Positions 8,626 to 19,253 of a stretch of 64,000 nucleotides of DNA are shown piece by piece. The stretch is from positions 1 to 64,000 of the forward strand of contig JBFIHX010000001.1 in assembly GCA_041601615.1 (NCBI GenBank), read 5' to 3'. The DNA is from Thermoplasmatota archaeon (GTDB lineage Archaea > Thermoplasmatota > E2 > JACPAO01 > JAHFTW01). The notes under the pieces are model-generated. The model was not told the origin of the DNA and did not search any database. It was given only the letters and a program-made list of their open reading frames with translations. The translations under genes and the position numbers were made by a program. Positions within the stretch are counted from its first letter, which is position 1; every line of letters begins with the position of its first letter.

Positions 8626-9579
8626 CTAGAGCCAGAGGCGGACGAGCAGGAAACTGACCGTCAACACGGCAGCCCACGTTCCTATTGCAACGCCGAGGCC
8701 TCGCCCGTCGCGCAGACTGGACAACCGAGTTTGCAAGCCAATGGCTACAAATGCCAACAAGAACAGGACGTTGTCTACGGCGACGGTCGCTTCGAGTACA
8801 CTTTCGGGCCATGGAGCTTGGGCCAGCAACAACACGGCCAGGAACCCGAGCACTTCAGTCGGGACGCGTGCGCGTTCGTTGCGGCGCCACAACAGGGACC
8901 CTACGAGGACGACCACGGGCAAAAGGGCGACTCGGGTCAATTTCACGAGGCTAGCCATGGCGCCGCCCTCATCTCCGCCGCCAGCAAACCCCGCTCCGAC
9001 GGCCTGCGGAACTGCGTGTAGGCTGGCACCGGCCCAGGCACCAAACGCTGCATCCGAGAAGGGTGCTGCCAGCAGTTGCATGGCGGGGAGTGCGAGGAGT
9101 CCTACAGTTCCAAGCACCGTGACGGCTCCCACTGCGTAGGCAACTTGGTCGTCGTCTGCTTCGGCTAGGCCTCGGCTGGCGGCGATTGCGCTGGCGCCAC
9201 AGATTCCGGTTCCAATGCCCAAGAGCAATGCGGTTCCGGATCGAGCCCCGAGGAGTCGACCAAGCAGGAGGGCGGACATGATGGCGACCAAAATGGAGGT
9301 TGCAGCTAGGCCCAAGACTGGCGCGCCTGCGTCTCGAAGCGTGCGCACGGGAATTTGTGCTGCCAACAGGACGATGGCCCACCAAAGCATGCGCTTGGCG
9401 GTCCACTGAATGCCTGGTTTGAGGCGCGGGGATAGGGGTCGAATGTTGCCAATCAAGAGGCCCAGTCCGAGGCCGAATGCAACGGCGCCGGGGGGCCATT
9501 GGCCGAGCCACCACGCCACGAGGGCGAGAACCGCGACGAGAAAGGTCCCGATGGTTCGCTCGCGTGGCCAGGGCTGCAC
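8626..9579 (-). CDS. YeiH/UPF0324 family membrane transporter
   Basis: GTGICGASAIAA and VKLTRV motifs with many TMs. Start inferred at GTG 9579. Confidence 0.85.
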   Translation of the reverse strand: MQPWPRERTIGTFLVAVLALVAWWLGQWPPGAVAFGLGLGLLIGNIRPLSPRLKPGIQWTAKRMLWWAIVLLAAQIPVRTLRDAGAPVLGLAATSILVAIMSALLLGRLLGARSGTALLLGIGTGICGASAIAASRGLAEADDDQVAYAVGAVTVLGTVGLLALPAMQLLAAPFSDAAFGAWAGASLHAVPQAVGAGFAGGGDEGGAMASLVKLTRVALLPVVVLVGSLLWRRNERARVPTEVLGFLAVLLLAQAPWPESVLEATVAVDNVLFLLAFVAIGLQTRLSSLRDGRGLGVAIGTWAAVLTVSFLLVRLWL

Positions 9580-9703
9580 GGTGTGCCGAGCGCGGGCCTT
9601 GTTCAAGGCCTCATCGAAGGCAATCGGGCTGCACAATGCAACAAAACAGGGGATAGGGAGTGGGAAAGGAGTGGGGGAGGGGAAGGAGGGTGCGGAACCG
9701 AGT

Positions 9704-11197
9704 CTAGGCCGTGATGGCAATCAACTCGGGCAGAGCCATGAGGGGCTCGGCGGTGCGCAGGCTGGCGCCGGTGGCGAAGGTGCCCACGAAGGCCCGGATG
9801 TCGCCGGGGGCGGTCTTGTTGGCAGCGCAGGCCTCATCGCACATGTCCGCAAAGGCGGCCCAGGGGCGGCCTTCGGGGTCGATGGTGATGTCGATGAAGT
9901 CGCCGATGCCGCCGCAGCGATCCGTCCAGCAAGCGCGGGTGCGGTCGATGGGGTCGTTGCGGTCGTTGGCGGTGGCGCTGACCACGGTGGGCGATGCTTC
10001 GAGGGCGTTGTAGATGGCGCCCATGAATGCGTGCGTTTCCAGGTCCTCGAGGGGCGTGTCGAGCCCTTCGGGGTTCATGATGCCGATGTAGGCAAAGGCG
10101 ACCATTCCTTCGGCGCCGGCGGCGATGGCGGGGCGGCCGGCGTAGGTTAGGTCGGGGTGGCCCACCATGAGTTCGCGGCCCCAGGTGCTGCCGTGGTCTG
10201 TGCTGACGCTGAGGTATGGGAGGCCGTCGCCGCCAATCCAGAAGGCGTAGATGTTGTCTGCGTCGTCGGCGGCGATGGTGACTTCGTGGCCTTGGACGCC
10301 GGTGCTGGCGCTGACGACGCTGCGGGTCCAGGTGAGGCCGTCGTCTTCGCTTACGGCTACTTCGGCGACGTTGCACTGGCCCTTGGGCAGGAAGACGCGA
10401 CCGGCGTGGTCGGTATCCACGTGTCCGTGGAGGCCACCGCAGACGCTACCGGTGGGGTTGGCGGGGTCGACGCCGTCGCTGCGGCCTTGGACGCCGGGGT
10501 AGACGGGGATGAGTGGGCCGAAGCCGAGGCCGCCGTTGATGCTGCTGGAGCAGACGGAGTCGCCGACGCGGTTGACGCAGTAGTACACCATGTTGGGGTA
10601 GCCGACGGTGGTGGTGACGCGGGGCGGGCCGGTGGCGACGGTTTGGTGGTCGTGTACGCCGGGGGGTAGGCCGGCTCCGAGGGCGTTACAGGTCCAGGAT
10701 TCGCCCTTGTCGTCCGTGTAGTGGAGCGTGGAGGTAACGAGGGCGTGCAAGTCGCTGCTGAAGACGCGGCCGGTGTCACGGTCCACGTGGACGTAGGGGT
10801 CGTTGCTGTTGGGGAAGCAGGGCAGATCTCCTACGGGGAGGTCGGGGCCGATGTCGCTCCAGGTGGCGGCTTGGTCGCAGGATTTGTAGATGCGGGTGCC
10901 GGTGCCGGTGCCTCGGTAGCTGGTCATGAACAGGCAGCCGTCGCCGTCGCTGCCTATGGTGGGCTCGAAGGTCGAGGTGGGCAGGTAGCGGCTCACGGCT
11001 GTGGGAATGAAGGCGGGGTCGATGGTGCCGAGTTCGGTCAGGTTTTCGTCGATGCCGCGAGCACGGCTGACGGACGCTGTGGGGGGCGTAACGGTCTCGG
11101 GGGTTTCGAGGGCCTTGGGGGCCGCGTCGGAGCCATCGTCCAAGCAACCAGCGAAGACGGTTGTTGTGAGCAGAAGCACCAGGAAGGGCAAGCGCAT
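9704..11197 (-). CDS. Secreted BNR/Asp-box lipoprotein
   Basis: Lipobox FAGCL; Asp-boxes TDDKGESW, SEDDGLTW and STDHGSTW. Confidence 0.8.
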   Translation of the reverse strand: MRLPFLVLLLTTTVFAGCLDDGSDAAPKALETPETVTPPTASVSRARGIDENLTELGTIDPAFIPTAVSRYLPTSTFEPTIGSDGDGCLFMTSYRGTGTGTRIYKSCDQAATWSDIGPDLPVGDLPCFPNSNDPYVHVDRDTGRVFSSDLHALVTSTLHYTDDKGESWTCNALGAGLPPGVHDHQTVATGPPRVTTTVGYPNMVYYCVNRVGDSVCSSSINGGLGFGPLIPVYPGVQGRSDGVDPANPTGSVCGGLHGHVDTDHAGRVFLPKGQCNVAEVAVSEDDGLTWTRSVVSASTGVQGHEVTIAADDADNIYAFWIGGDGLPYLSVSTDHGSTWGRELMVGHPDLTYAGRPAIAAGAEGMVAFAYIGIMNPEGLDTPLEDLETHAFMGAIYNALEASPTVVSATANDRNDPIDRTRACWTDRCGGIGDFIDITIDPEGRPWAAFADMCDEACAANKTAPGDIRAFVGTFATGASLRTAEPLMALPELIAITA

Positions 11198-11259
11198 TGG
11201 AATGGGCCACTCGGGCAGACAGATAGGGATTGCTGTGGTAGGCTTGCGAGGCGGGGGGT

Positions 11260-12033
11260 TCAGGCGGGAATTTGGAATCGGTCCAGCGCACTTTGGCCGG
11301 GTGGCAGCGCGGGGCCGAGCCGGAGGGGGCGTCCAAGGCCTCGTGCGAATCGTTCGATGGCGTGGAGGCCGTATGGTTCGCTGCTGCGGGCACTGATGGT
11401 GTACAGGGGCCGTTCTTCGCCGTGGCGGGCACGGATGCGTTCCAAAAACGAGACGACTTCGTCGCGGCAGCGGCGGTGATGCATGCCGGTGAGGCGAATG
11501 TTGAGAAAATCGGCGGTGACTTTGTGGGGTACACTGCCGGCGCGGGTGCTCCAGGTGAGGGCGGCTTCGTGTTCTTCGAGCAGTCGCATGGCGCTGGGGC
11601 GAAGCCAGGTTCCGTGTAGGAATTCGACGGCGAGGCGGCCGCTGGCGGGAAGGTGTTGGTAGAGTTGTTCGATGCTGGTTTTGAGGGCGTGTTCTTGCTC
11701 ATGGCTCCAGGGGCCCGTCCAGGCGAGTTGCAGGGGCCCGCACCGATGGTTGCGAAGGATGGGTTCGAGCCGGCTGCTCCATGCGTCAATCTCGAGGGAG
11801 GTTGCGTTGTTGGGCAGCCGAGGCAGGAGGCGTAGGTGGGCGGGCGATTGGTCGAGGAGTCCTTCGGCGTGGGCGCGGGAAAAGCTTGGGTCTGCGCTTG
11901 GTCCAACTTCGTACAGGTCGAATCGTTGGGCGTATTGTCGCAGGTAGTCGGCGGGGGGCGCGCCTGGTGTGTAGATCGCACGCTGCAAGTGGGGGTCGGC
12001 AAAGCCGGCAAGCCCGAAGCGTGCGTGGGACAC
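11260..12033 (-). CDS. DUF72 family protein (divergent)
   Basis: YLRQYAQRFDLYEV, AVEF, VTADFLNIRLTG. Confidence 0.65.
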   Translation of the reverse strand: MSHARFGLAGFADPHLQRAIYTPGAPPADYLRQYAQRFDLYEVGPSADPSFSRAHAEGLLDQSPAHLRLLPRLPNNATSLEIDAWSSRLEPILRNHRCGPLQLAWTGPWSHEQEHALKTSIEQLYQHLPASGRLAVEFLHGTWLRPSAMRLLEEHEAALTWSTRAGSVPHKVTADFLNIRLTGMHHRRCRDEVVSFLERIRARHGEERPLYTISARSSEPYGLHAIERFARGLGRPLRLGPALPPGQSALDRFQIPA

Positions 12034-12184
12034 AACCTAGGATGGGTTCGCGTGGAAGATGAAGGTGGGGTTGAGGTGAGTGAAAGTATTCTCGGTGGCC
12101 GCAGCCATTTGGGCCGGCTTGTTTTTGCCTCGTGGTGCGCGTTGGTTCCAGCACCCTCTTCAGGGTTCTGGGGCTGGCCGCTGC

Positions 12185-12958
12185 ATGAGTCTGACCAAAC
12201 GCATCATCCCTTGCTTGGATGTGGATGTGGGGCGTGTCGTCAAAGGCGTCCAGTTTCAGGATCTTCGCGACGTGGGCGACCCCGTGGAATTGGCGATGCG
12301 CTACGAGGCGGAGGGGGCGGACGAGATTGTGTTTCTGGACATCAGTGCCAGCAACGAGGGCCACGAGACGACGCTGGATGTGGTGCGTCGGACAGCCGAA
12401 AATCTGTTCATTCCGTTGACGGTGGGAGGTGGCATTCGGGCCCCGGATGATGTGCGCGCGGCCTTGAATGCAGGCGCGGATAAGGTGGCCATGAATACGG
12501 CGGCTCTTGCTGATCCGGAGTTGATTCGGGTTTGCTCCGAGCGTTTTGGTGCGCAATGCATTGTTGTGGCGGTGGATGCCAAGCGCAACGACGAAGGCGC
12601 TGGCTGGAACGTCTACACCCACGGCGGACGGCGCGACTCCGGCCTCGATGCGCTTGCCTGGTGCCAGGAGGCGGCTCGGCTTGGTGCGGGAGAAATCTTG
12701 CTGACTTCGATGGATGCGGACGGCACCCGCGATGGCTACGACCTGGAATTGACGCGGGCCGTGGCGGAGGCGGTATCCGTGCCGGTGGTGGCCAGTGGCG
12801 GGTGCGGCAGCTCCATGCACATGGTCGAAGCGCTCGTGGCCGGGGCAGACGCAGCGTTGGCAGCAAGCATTTTCCACGACCGCGATGCAACCGTGGCCGA
12901 GGTCAAGGGATTGCTACGCGATGCAGGCGTTGCGGTTCGACTGGAGGTGGCTGCGTGA
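12185..12958 (+). CDS. hisF: Imidazole glycerol phosphate synthase cyclase subunit
   Basis: [33 protein letters not shown]. Confidence 0.97.
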   Translation: MSLTKRIIPCLDVDVGRVVKGVQFQDLRDVGDPVELAMRYEAEGADEIVFLDISASNEGHETTLDVVRRTAENLFIPLTVGGGIRAPDDVRAALNAGADKVAMNTAALADPELIRVCSERFGAQCIVVAVDAKRNDEGAGWNVYTHGGRRDSGLDALAWCQEAARLGAGEILLTSMDADGTRDGYDLELTRAVAEAVSVPVVASGGCGSSMHMVEALVAGADAALAASIFHDRDATVAEVKGLLRDAGVAVRLEVAA

Positions 12959-13614
12959 AGTATCCGTTGGATGCCGAAAGCCTTGCCGAGGTCCATTTTG
13001 ACGAGCATGGACTCGTTCCTGTGGTGGCGCAAGACGAAGCAACCGGTGCCGTGTTGATGCTTGCGTGGGCAACACGAGAGGCTCTGGCCAAGAGTCTGGA
13101 TTCGGGCCGGATGACGTACTGGAGTCGCAGCCGCAATGCCCTTTGGACGAAAGGCGAGACTTCGGGGCACACGCAGAAGCTCGTGGGTCTCTACGCGGAT
13201 TGCGACCGAGATGCGGTTCTTGCCATCGTTCAGCAGTCGGGGCCGGCGTGCCACGAGGACACAGGCTCCTGCTGGTCGAGCGGGCCGGAGACTCCTGCTG
13301 CTGGAATTCTGGGGGTGCTCGATCGGATGGCCGAGCAGCGAAAACAGAAACCGACCGGAGGCTACACGGATTCCGTGCTTGCCAGTCCTGCGTTTGCGGC
13401 GTCCAAAGTGGAGGAAGAAGCGGGCGAGGTTGGCGCGGTGCTGCGTGGTGAGGACAACGAGGATTCGCTAGAGCACGAGGCCGCGGATTTGCTTTATCAC
13501 CTTGTGGTGGCGTTGCGCGGCTCGGACTCGAGCCTTTCCGCTGTGCTCGGTGAACTATGGTCGCGGCACGGTCAATCGCACAAGCCCAGTGGGTCCGTGG
13601 GAATCCAACAGTAG
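12955..13614 (+). CDS. hisIE: Bifunctional phosphoribosyl-AMP cyclohydrolase / PR-ATP pyrophosphatase
   Basis: [42 protein letters not shown]. The GTG overlaps the hisF stop. Confidence 0.93.
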   Translation: MKYPLDAESLAEVHFDEHGLVPVVAQDEATGAVLMLAWATREALAKSLDSGRMTYWSRSRNALWTKGETSGHTQKLVGLYADCDRDAVLAIVQQSGPACHEDTGSCWSSGPETPAAGILGVLDRMAEQRKQKPTGGYTDSVLASPAFAASKVEEEAGEVGAVLRGEDNEDSLEHEAADLLYHLVVALRGSDSSLSAVLGELWSRHGQSHKPSGSVGIQQ

Positions 13615-13754
13615 CAGTCTCGGTTCACGTTGTCGCCTTCCAGTATGGGTGGACACGACATGGCGCCTTCCACGACATCGTCGGGCTCGGCCATCACGGG
13701 AACAGGGCCCATGAGGAGCAGACTTGCGGCGAACAACAAAAGTAGAATTCGCAT
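13572..13754 (-). CDS. Small secreted Cys-rich peptide
   Basis: Signal peptide MRILLLLFAASLLLMG plus 4 Cys; AT-rich upstream region. Confidence 0.5.
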   Translation of the reverse strand: MRILLLLFAASLLLMGPVPVMAEPDDVVEGAMSCPPILEGDNVNRDCYCWIPTDPLGLCD

Positions 13755-14339
13755 ACATAGACATCCGACTCGCGTTCTTGAAGTTATGGTATACTGATAG
13801 GTATTGCAATAATATCTGTTTAATTAGCCCAATGTAGTCAAATATTAAATTGGGCAGCGGAAAAAATATCTGGTGGGATACGGGAAAAATTCTGGTCTTT
13901 GGAAGTCCCAAAAATCGGTGCCACGGCTGCAATTCTTAGCTCCGCGTGAATCTGCGCGGGGATTGGAGCCAACTGATTGCATCTGACCACCGCACAACCC
14001 AGATCAATCGCATGAGCCTGGCGCCGATGAGGCATGTATGCTCAGCGGAGTGCCCGCGAAGGGCCCACTGGTAGTTTGGAACTCGCAAGAATCCCCTGTT
14101 GCTAGCAAATTTTGAGAGGGTCGGGCACACCGTCAGGGAAGGGGCAGAGGCACGACAGGTTGGGGAATGGGAACGGACCAAAGAGAAGGTCGCAGACCAC
14201 CTGAACGGCATCCGAGGGGGCATCCTCCGCGACGATACTGGGGGCCACCAAGAGCGTGCTTATGCATAGCAAAACGAGCAAAGAGCGCAGAGGTTTGCAT
14301 CAGACTGGACTATAAACCAAAATCCTGTATGAATTGGTT

Positions 14340-15146
14340 TTATGAACGCAGCCGCACCGGCGGCGCCCCGGCTTGCACAACCAACACCGTGTCGGGTGCA
14401 ACCGGCTCCCACATTGGATCATCATACAGGGGTTCGCTGGCAATGACCGTGGCTCCGGGAAACTCGTCGCCGTCTTGCAACAAGTACAGGCTATTTTGGG
14501 TCGGCTTGCTTCCTGATCGCGTCGCAACCACGCGCTCGCCGTCGCTCACAAGCAGATTCAGGTGCACGTCCATTCCTTCGGTCGCCGCATGGCTCTGAAC
14601 ATCGCGCACGAGACTCTGGGTGGCGGTGGCTAGGTCTGCTGGGTCGCCACCCATGGCGTCCACGCGCGCAAGAAGAATTTGGAACAGGTATTCCCCGTCC
14701 GTGTCTCCTTTGATTCGTTCGCGCCGCTCTGTGGGAAGCCACGAAGCCATCGGTTCGCGCCACGCGCTTGGAAAATTGGGCAGAAACCCGTTGAGGCTGA
14801 AGAGGAAGCGGCCATCTTGGAACGGCGCACAATTGGGATGGGTGTTGCTGCCGGCGACGGTGGCGTTGCGAACGGCCGCTACCATCACTTGGGCGCGCAC
14901 ATGCGATGCCATGGAATCGAGGTTTGGGTCGCTCCAAATGGGGCCTGGGTACGAGTAACGGGCCGCTGTCGTGGGGCCGGCGGGTCCGTCCTCATCGTAC
15001 CATCCAAAGCCGTAGCCGTCGGCGCAGACGACACCGGTCAGAAGCTCACGTGCTTGAAACGACTGATGATAGAGACTGTGGTCGAGGTCACGAAGAAGTT
15101 CCGTGGCGGCGATGCCGGGTCCAAGATAGGCTGCGTGGCGGCACAT
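14340..15146 (-). CDS. egtC: Ergothioneine biosynthesis class II glutamine amidotransferase
   Basis: MCRHAAYLG N-terminal Cys, ADGYGFGWY, GPIWSD, AAVRNAT; adjacent to egtD and egtB. Confidence 0.9.
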   Translation of the reverse strand: MCRHAAYLGPGIAATELLRDLDHSLYHQSFQARELLTGVVCADGYGFGWYDEDGPAGPTTAARYSYPGPIWSDPNLDSMASHVRAQVMVAAVRNATVAGSNTHPNCAPFQDGRFLFSLNGFLPNFPSAWREPMASWLPTERRERIKGDTDGEYLFQILLARVDAMGGDPADLATATQSLVRDVQSHAATEGMDVHLNLLVSDGERVVATRSGSKPTQNSLYLLQDGDEFPGATVIASEPLYDDPMWEPVAPDTVLVVQAGAPPVRLRS

Positions 15147-15154
15147 GCGGGGTC

Positions 15155-16105
15155 CTATGCTCGGCGCAGCAAATGAAGACCGAACCAGCCGCGCTGGTCG
15201 GTCCAGGTCTTTTCGAGTTCGAAGCCGGCGGCCTTGGCAAGCTCTCGGGCGCCCTCGATGGTGAATTTGTACGAGTTTTCCGTGTGGATGGTTTCGCCAC
15301 GGCGCAACTCCACGTGCAAGTCGGCGCCGGGGAAGCTCATGGCTTGGTCGTGGCGGCTAACCAGGTGCATTTCAATGCGGCTCTCTTCTGGATTCCAGAT
15401 GGCTCGGTGCTCGAATCCATCGAGGTCTGCATTGCCGTCCAGCTCCCGGTTCAGGTGCACTAGGATGTTCTTGTTGAAAGCCGCAGTCACTCCAGTAGCA
15501 TCATCGTAGGCGGCCTCAAGGATTTCCACGGGCTTGACGAGGTCGGTTCCCAACAGGAACGCGTCTCCGGGGCTCAGCGCCTCGAAGGCGGCACGAAGCA
15601 AGCCGACCTGTTCGGGAGGCTCAAAGTTGCCGATGCTGCTGCCCAAAAACAGGACGAGGCGGCGCGTGGCGGGGTAGGCGCCAATTTGTTCGAGGCCATC
15701 CTTGTATTCGGCAGCAATCGGCTCAACTTTGAGGCCCGCAAATGCGGTATGCAAGTCGGCTGCGACCGCGTGCAAAAAGTCGCCACTGATATCCACGGGT
15801 AGGTAGGTGCTGGGCCCCCGGGCTTTGAGGAGGGCTTCGAGCACAATTCGGGTTTTGCTGCTGGATCCACTTCCAAGCTCCGCAAGCACCAGGTCCGGGC
15901 CTGCGGCGGCGAGGATATCGTCGACGTGCGCCTCGAGGATCGCAGCTTCCGTGCGCGTGGGGTAGTATTCAGGTGTCCCGCAGATTTGTTCAAACAAGTG
16001 GCTGCCGGCCTCGTCGTAAAAATAGAGGGAGCTGAGCCACTTTGGGTCGTCGAGCAAGCCGCGCCGGGTGTCGTCCACGATTCCCTGGCTCGTGAACGAT
16101 TCCAT
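15155..16105 (-). CDS. egtD: L-histidine N-alpha-trimethyltransferase
   Basis: YFYD..GS.LFEQI...PEYYPTRTE, ELGSGSSSKT, AYDDATGVTAAFN, IHTENSYKF. Confidence 0.95.
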   Translation of the reverse strand: MESFTSQGIVDDTRRGLLDDPKWLSSLYFYDEAGSHLFEQICGTPEYYPTRTEAAILEAHVDDILAAAGPDLVLAELGSGSSSKTRIVLEALLKARGPSTYLPVDISGDFLHAVAADLHTAFAGLKVEPIAAEYKDGLEQIGAYPATRRLVLFLGSSIGNFEPPEQVGLLRAAFEALSPGDAFLLGTDLVKPVEILEAAYDDATGVTAAFNKNILVHLNRELDGNADLDGFEHRAIWNPEESRIEMHLVSRHDQAMSFPGADLHVELRRGETIHTENSYKFTIEGARELAKAAGFELEKTWTDQRGWFGLHLLRRA

Positions 16106-16136
16106 CTCCAACACACTGGACACTGGCGGGCATCCA

Positions 16137-17507
16137 TCAAAAAGAAGGGGGTTCGGGGCTGGAGTCGCGTGCGAGGCGAATGCCCGAAAAAATTTGGCGC
16201 CGATAGGGGTGGTCCCAGTTGCGGAAGGTGCCGGTGGCGCATCCAGCACGGGAGGCCCAGCAGCCGCCGCGAAGCATTTTGTAGTCGCCTCCGAAGAAAA
16301 CATCGGAATATTCAGGGTAGGGGAATGCCCGGAATCCAGGGTACGCTTCAAACCCGGAGGAGGTCCACTCCCAGACGTCCCCGATCATGTGCTGCGCTCC
16401 GCCGGGACTGGCGGCGCTGGGGTATGCGCCGATGCGACTGGGGTGCCATGCGAGTTGGTCGATGTTGGCGTGGGCTGCGGTCGCGGGGGTGTTGCCCCAT
16501 GGATTGCGGCGGCTCTGGCCCGTGGCCGGGTCGAATCGGGCCGCTTTTTCCCACTCTGCTTCCGTAGGAAGTCGGGCACCGCGCCAATTTGCATAGGCTT
16601 CTGCCTCGAAGTGGGTCACATGGCACAGGATTTCGTCCGGAATGGAATCGATGCGAGTGGCGCCGGAGGGGGAAACGCGCCACCTAGTGCCGTCCCGTTG
16701 CTCCCAATTCAAGGGCGCGTGGTGCGGTTCGTCGTCAAGCCATTGCGTGCCGCGCTCGCTCCAAAGCTGGGCATTCTCGTAGCCCCCTGCCTCAATGAAC
16801 TCCTTGTATTCGCCCACGGTCACGGGGTAACGAGCAATTTGGAAGGCGGGGACGTGGACTTCGTGCGCCGGGGCTTCGTTGTCGTAGACGCCCGGAGCTT
16901 GGTGGATGCCCATGGTGAAGGGGCCCTCGGGAATCGTCAGCCAATTGGGAGCTGTAGGTTGGCTCGGCTCCGGAAGCGCCCAAGTTTGAGAAATTTGGTA
17001 CCGGTCCGGTCCGAGCAATTGGATGGATTGCAGGAGTGTTTCCTGGTGTTGGTGCTCGTGCAACACGATGAGCCAGTAGACGAAGCCGTCTCGAAGCAGG
17101 GGCGTGGTTTCCGCGTCGTCCATCTGGATGTCTTCGAGAACCGAGGCAGTGCGGTCGCGTACCTCTGCCATGTAGGCTCGCGCTCCTGCCCGGTCTAGGA
17201 GCTTCAGGTTCGGCCGTTCGCTGCGCGGGTGGGCAAACGCGTCGTATCGGTCGTTGTCGCCTGCGTGCAACTCGCCGCACCCCAGCAAGTTCTGTACGAG
17301 CCACAATTCCTCGAAGTTCGCCATGTGGCCCAAGTCCCAGACAGGCGGGCTCAGATACGAGGCGGCCGGCGCTTGCAAGTCCTTGTCGGTAAAGCCGCTG
17401 GCCAACTGCCAAGTTCGTTCCCGGGCTTCCGAGAGGGCGGCCAGAATTGTGGCCTTGTCGGCACTGGGCGTCTGCATCAGAGCATCTACGGATTGCGCCG
17501 CAGCCAC
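16137..17507 (-). CDS. egtB: Ergothioneine sulfoxide synthase (DinB_2 + FGE-sulfatase domains)
   Basis: SPPVWDLGH, HEHQHQET, RLPTEAEWEKAA, FRNWDHP.RRQIFSG. The start may be 17477. Confidence 0.93.
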   Translation of the reverse strand: MAAAQSVDALMQTPSADKATILAALSEARERTWQLASGFTDKDLQAPAASYLSPPVWDLGHMANFEELWLVQNLLGCGELHAGDNDRYDAFAHPRSERPNLKLLDRAGARAYMAEVRDRTASVLEDIQMDDAETTPLLRDGFVYWLIVLHEHQHQETLLQSIQLLGPDRYQISQTWALPEPSQPTAPNWLTIPEGPFTMGIHQAPGVYDNEAPAHEVHVPAFQIARYPVTVGEYKEFIEAGGYENAQLWSERGTQWLDDEPHHAPLNWEQRDGTRWRVSPSGATRIDSIPDEILCHVTHFEAEAYANWRGARLPTEAEWEKAARFDPATGQSRRNPWGNTPATAAHANIDQLAWHPSRIGAYPSAASPGGAQHMIGDVWEWTSSGFEAYPGFRAFPYPEYSDVFFGGDYKMLRGGCWASRAGCATGTFRNWDHPYRRQIFSGIRLARDSSPEPPSF

Positions 17508-17567
17508 ACTTTGGCACCGGGGGCGCTCCGGAAGAAGGCTATGTTTGGAGGTTGGCGAAACTACAGC

Positions 17568-18020
17568 CTAGAGATGCAGCGCCTTGATGGGGGACAGCAC
17601 AGCTGCCGGGTCCGTTTTCCAGTCGATGGCCGGGTTGTCGGCGTACAACTCGATTTCGTTGCCATCGGGATCTCGAAGATACAGACTCCAGGTCACCGAG
17701 TGGTCCGTGGCGCCGTCAATCTGAATCCCGGCCGCTTCAAGCTCTGCCTTCGCCGATCTCAAGTCGTCCAGGCTGTCGCCAATTTTGATGCCAAGGTGGT
17801 AGAGACCTAAACGGCGGCCCGCAAGTGGGCCCGGCGCGTCACCCACTTCAATCAGCAACAACTCGTGGTGCGTGCGACGATCACTCCCAATGAGCGCCGC
17901 TGCGCGACCTCCGAAGGCGTCGCCAATCACTTCAAAACCCAAAAGATTCCGGTAGAATCCAAGGCTGCGTTGCAGGTCGCGCACATACAGGACTGCGTGG
18001 TAGAGGCCATTGGCTTGCAT
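17568..18020 (-). CDS. VOC/glyoxalase family protein
   Basis: GLYHAVLYVRDL, GLYHLG, SLYLRDPDGNEIEL. Confidence 0.9.
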   Translation of the reverse strand: MQANGLYHAVLYVRDLQRSLGFYRNLLGFEVIGDAFGGRAAALIGSDRRTHHELLLIEVGDAPGPLAGRRLGLYHLGIKIGDSLDDLRSAKAELEAAGIQIDGATDHSVTWSLYLRDPDGNEIELYADNPAIDWKTDPAAVLSPIKALHL

Positions 18021-18043
18021 GCAGGGCGACTGTCAGGCCGTGC

Positions 18044-18268
18044 TCAAGTAGTCGGCGGAGGGGGCGGATTGCCTGCCGGAAGCTCAGGGTGGGGCGCATG
18101 GCGTGCCTGCCGCTTGCGTCGCGCACGCACGAGCTCGAACGTGATGATGACGGCCAGTGCCATGAGAAAGAGCCAGAGTGGGAGGACAATCCACGCCAGA
18201 AACACCGCGATTCCCTTGGTGATAGTGAACAGGAAATCGCGGGTGTCTCTCCAAGTCCACGGGCTCAT
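18044..18268 (-). CDS. Small membrane protein
   Basis: Two hydrophobic segments; ATGA overlap with the upstream ORF. Confidence 0.55.
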   Translation of the reverse strand: MSPWTWRDTRDFLFTITKGIAVFLAWIVLPLWLFLMALAVIITFELVRARRKRQARHAPHPELPAGNPPPPPTT

Positions 18269-18480
18269 GAGTCTGACTCGTCCCTTGGGCGGTCCGGTAG
18301 CGGCGGCAACGGTTGATTCGGGTCAAGGGCCGCTTCGGGGTCCTCCGGGCCGGCGTCGACGCGGGGCCAGCTTCGCGCCAGCGGAATCAGCAAGCCAAAC
18401 GGAGCGATGAGAACCGTCAGGAGGCGGGTGAATCCTTTGAGTGCTCGTCGCCAAATGGTGCTCCTGGCGAGTCGCGGCAT
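18265..18480 (-). CDS. Small membrane protein
   Basis: One TM and a Pro-rich tail; operon-like packing. Confidence 0.5.
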   Translation of the reverse strand: MPRLARSTIWRRALKGFTRLLTVLIAPFGLLIPLARSWPRVDAGPEDPEAALDPNQPLPPLPDRPRDESDS

Positions 18481-18485
18481 AGGTT

Positions 18486-19181
18486 TCAGGTCTCCTCGGA
18501 GGTCTCCGGATGTTCAGCCACCTTGGGCAATTCGTCCACCAGCATCTGATTCTCGAATTCCGCAACGAGGCTGCTTGCCTCTGGGGTCACCGTGAGGCGT
18601 GCTTCTTTCATGACCAAAAATCGCACTTCGTCGCCAATGCCGGGGCGCAGCGCAAGTTGCAAGTGCCCGTTTCCTTGCCGTTGAATGTAGTTGCGCAATC
18701 GGTTGGCCACCATCGGCAAACCGGCGCCATGGCGAACAATCAAGACACCTTTCTGGGCCTCCATGCGGGCCGACTCTTGGTTGCTTATGCGCACATAGCG
18801 TTGGCTCGGGACGAACGATGCGGGCTCCGCCTCCAATCCGGCCCAGATGCGGGCTTCCTGGGCGCGACGGCGGCTGATGGCGACGGCGTCCTTGGGGCCC
18901 CACCATGCCGTGTATTGGTTGGCGATGCCAGCCGGTACAGGTGCGGGGTCTCCCTCGGGTTCCACGGGGGCCAGTTTCAGGTCCTTGAGCTGCGGCAAAT
19001 GGTACGCGGCCAAGTGCAGCGCGTGCCAAGCGTCGGCGTTCGACCATTCCACTCGATCCAGTAGTGCATTGGACTGGACGGCGGCACCCTGCCAGAGTCC
19101 CACGCCATCGCGTTCGACGCCCGTGCCCTGGGCGCGGAGGCTTTCGAGGCAGGCGCGGATGGATGCGTGGTCGTCGGTCAT
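18486..19181 (-). CDS. Hypothetical protein
   Basis: Long ORF with host-like codon use; no motif recognised. Confidence 0.6.
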   Translation of the reverse strand: MTDDHASIRACLESLRAQGTGVERDGVGLWQGAAVQSNALLDRVEWSNADAWHALHLAAYHLPQLKDLKLAPVEPEGDPAPVPAGIANQYTAWWGPKDAVAISRRRAQEARIWAGLEAEPASFVPSQRYVRISNQESARMEAQKGVLIVRHGAGLPMVANRLRNYIQRQGNGHLQLALRPGIGDEVRFLVMKEARLTVTPEASSLVAEFENQMLVDELPKVAEHPETSEET

Positions 19182-19253
19182 GGCAAGGGCAAAAACCGCC
19201 GCTTGAAAGAGTCGCTGTAATTTCGGCACACTCAATTGATTCTCGCTGTGGCG

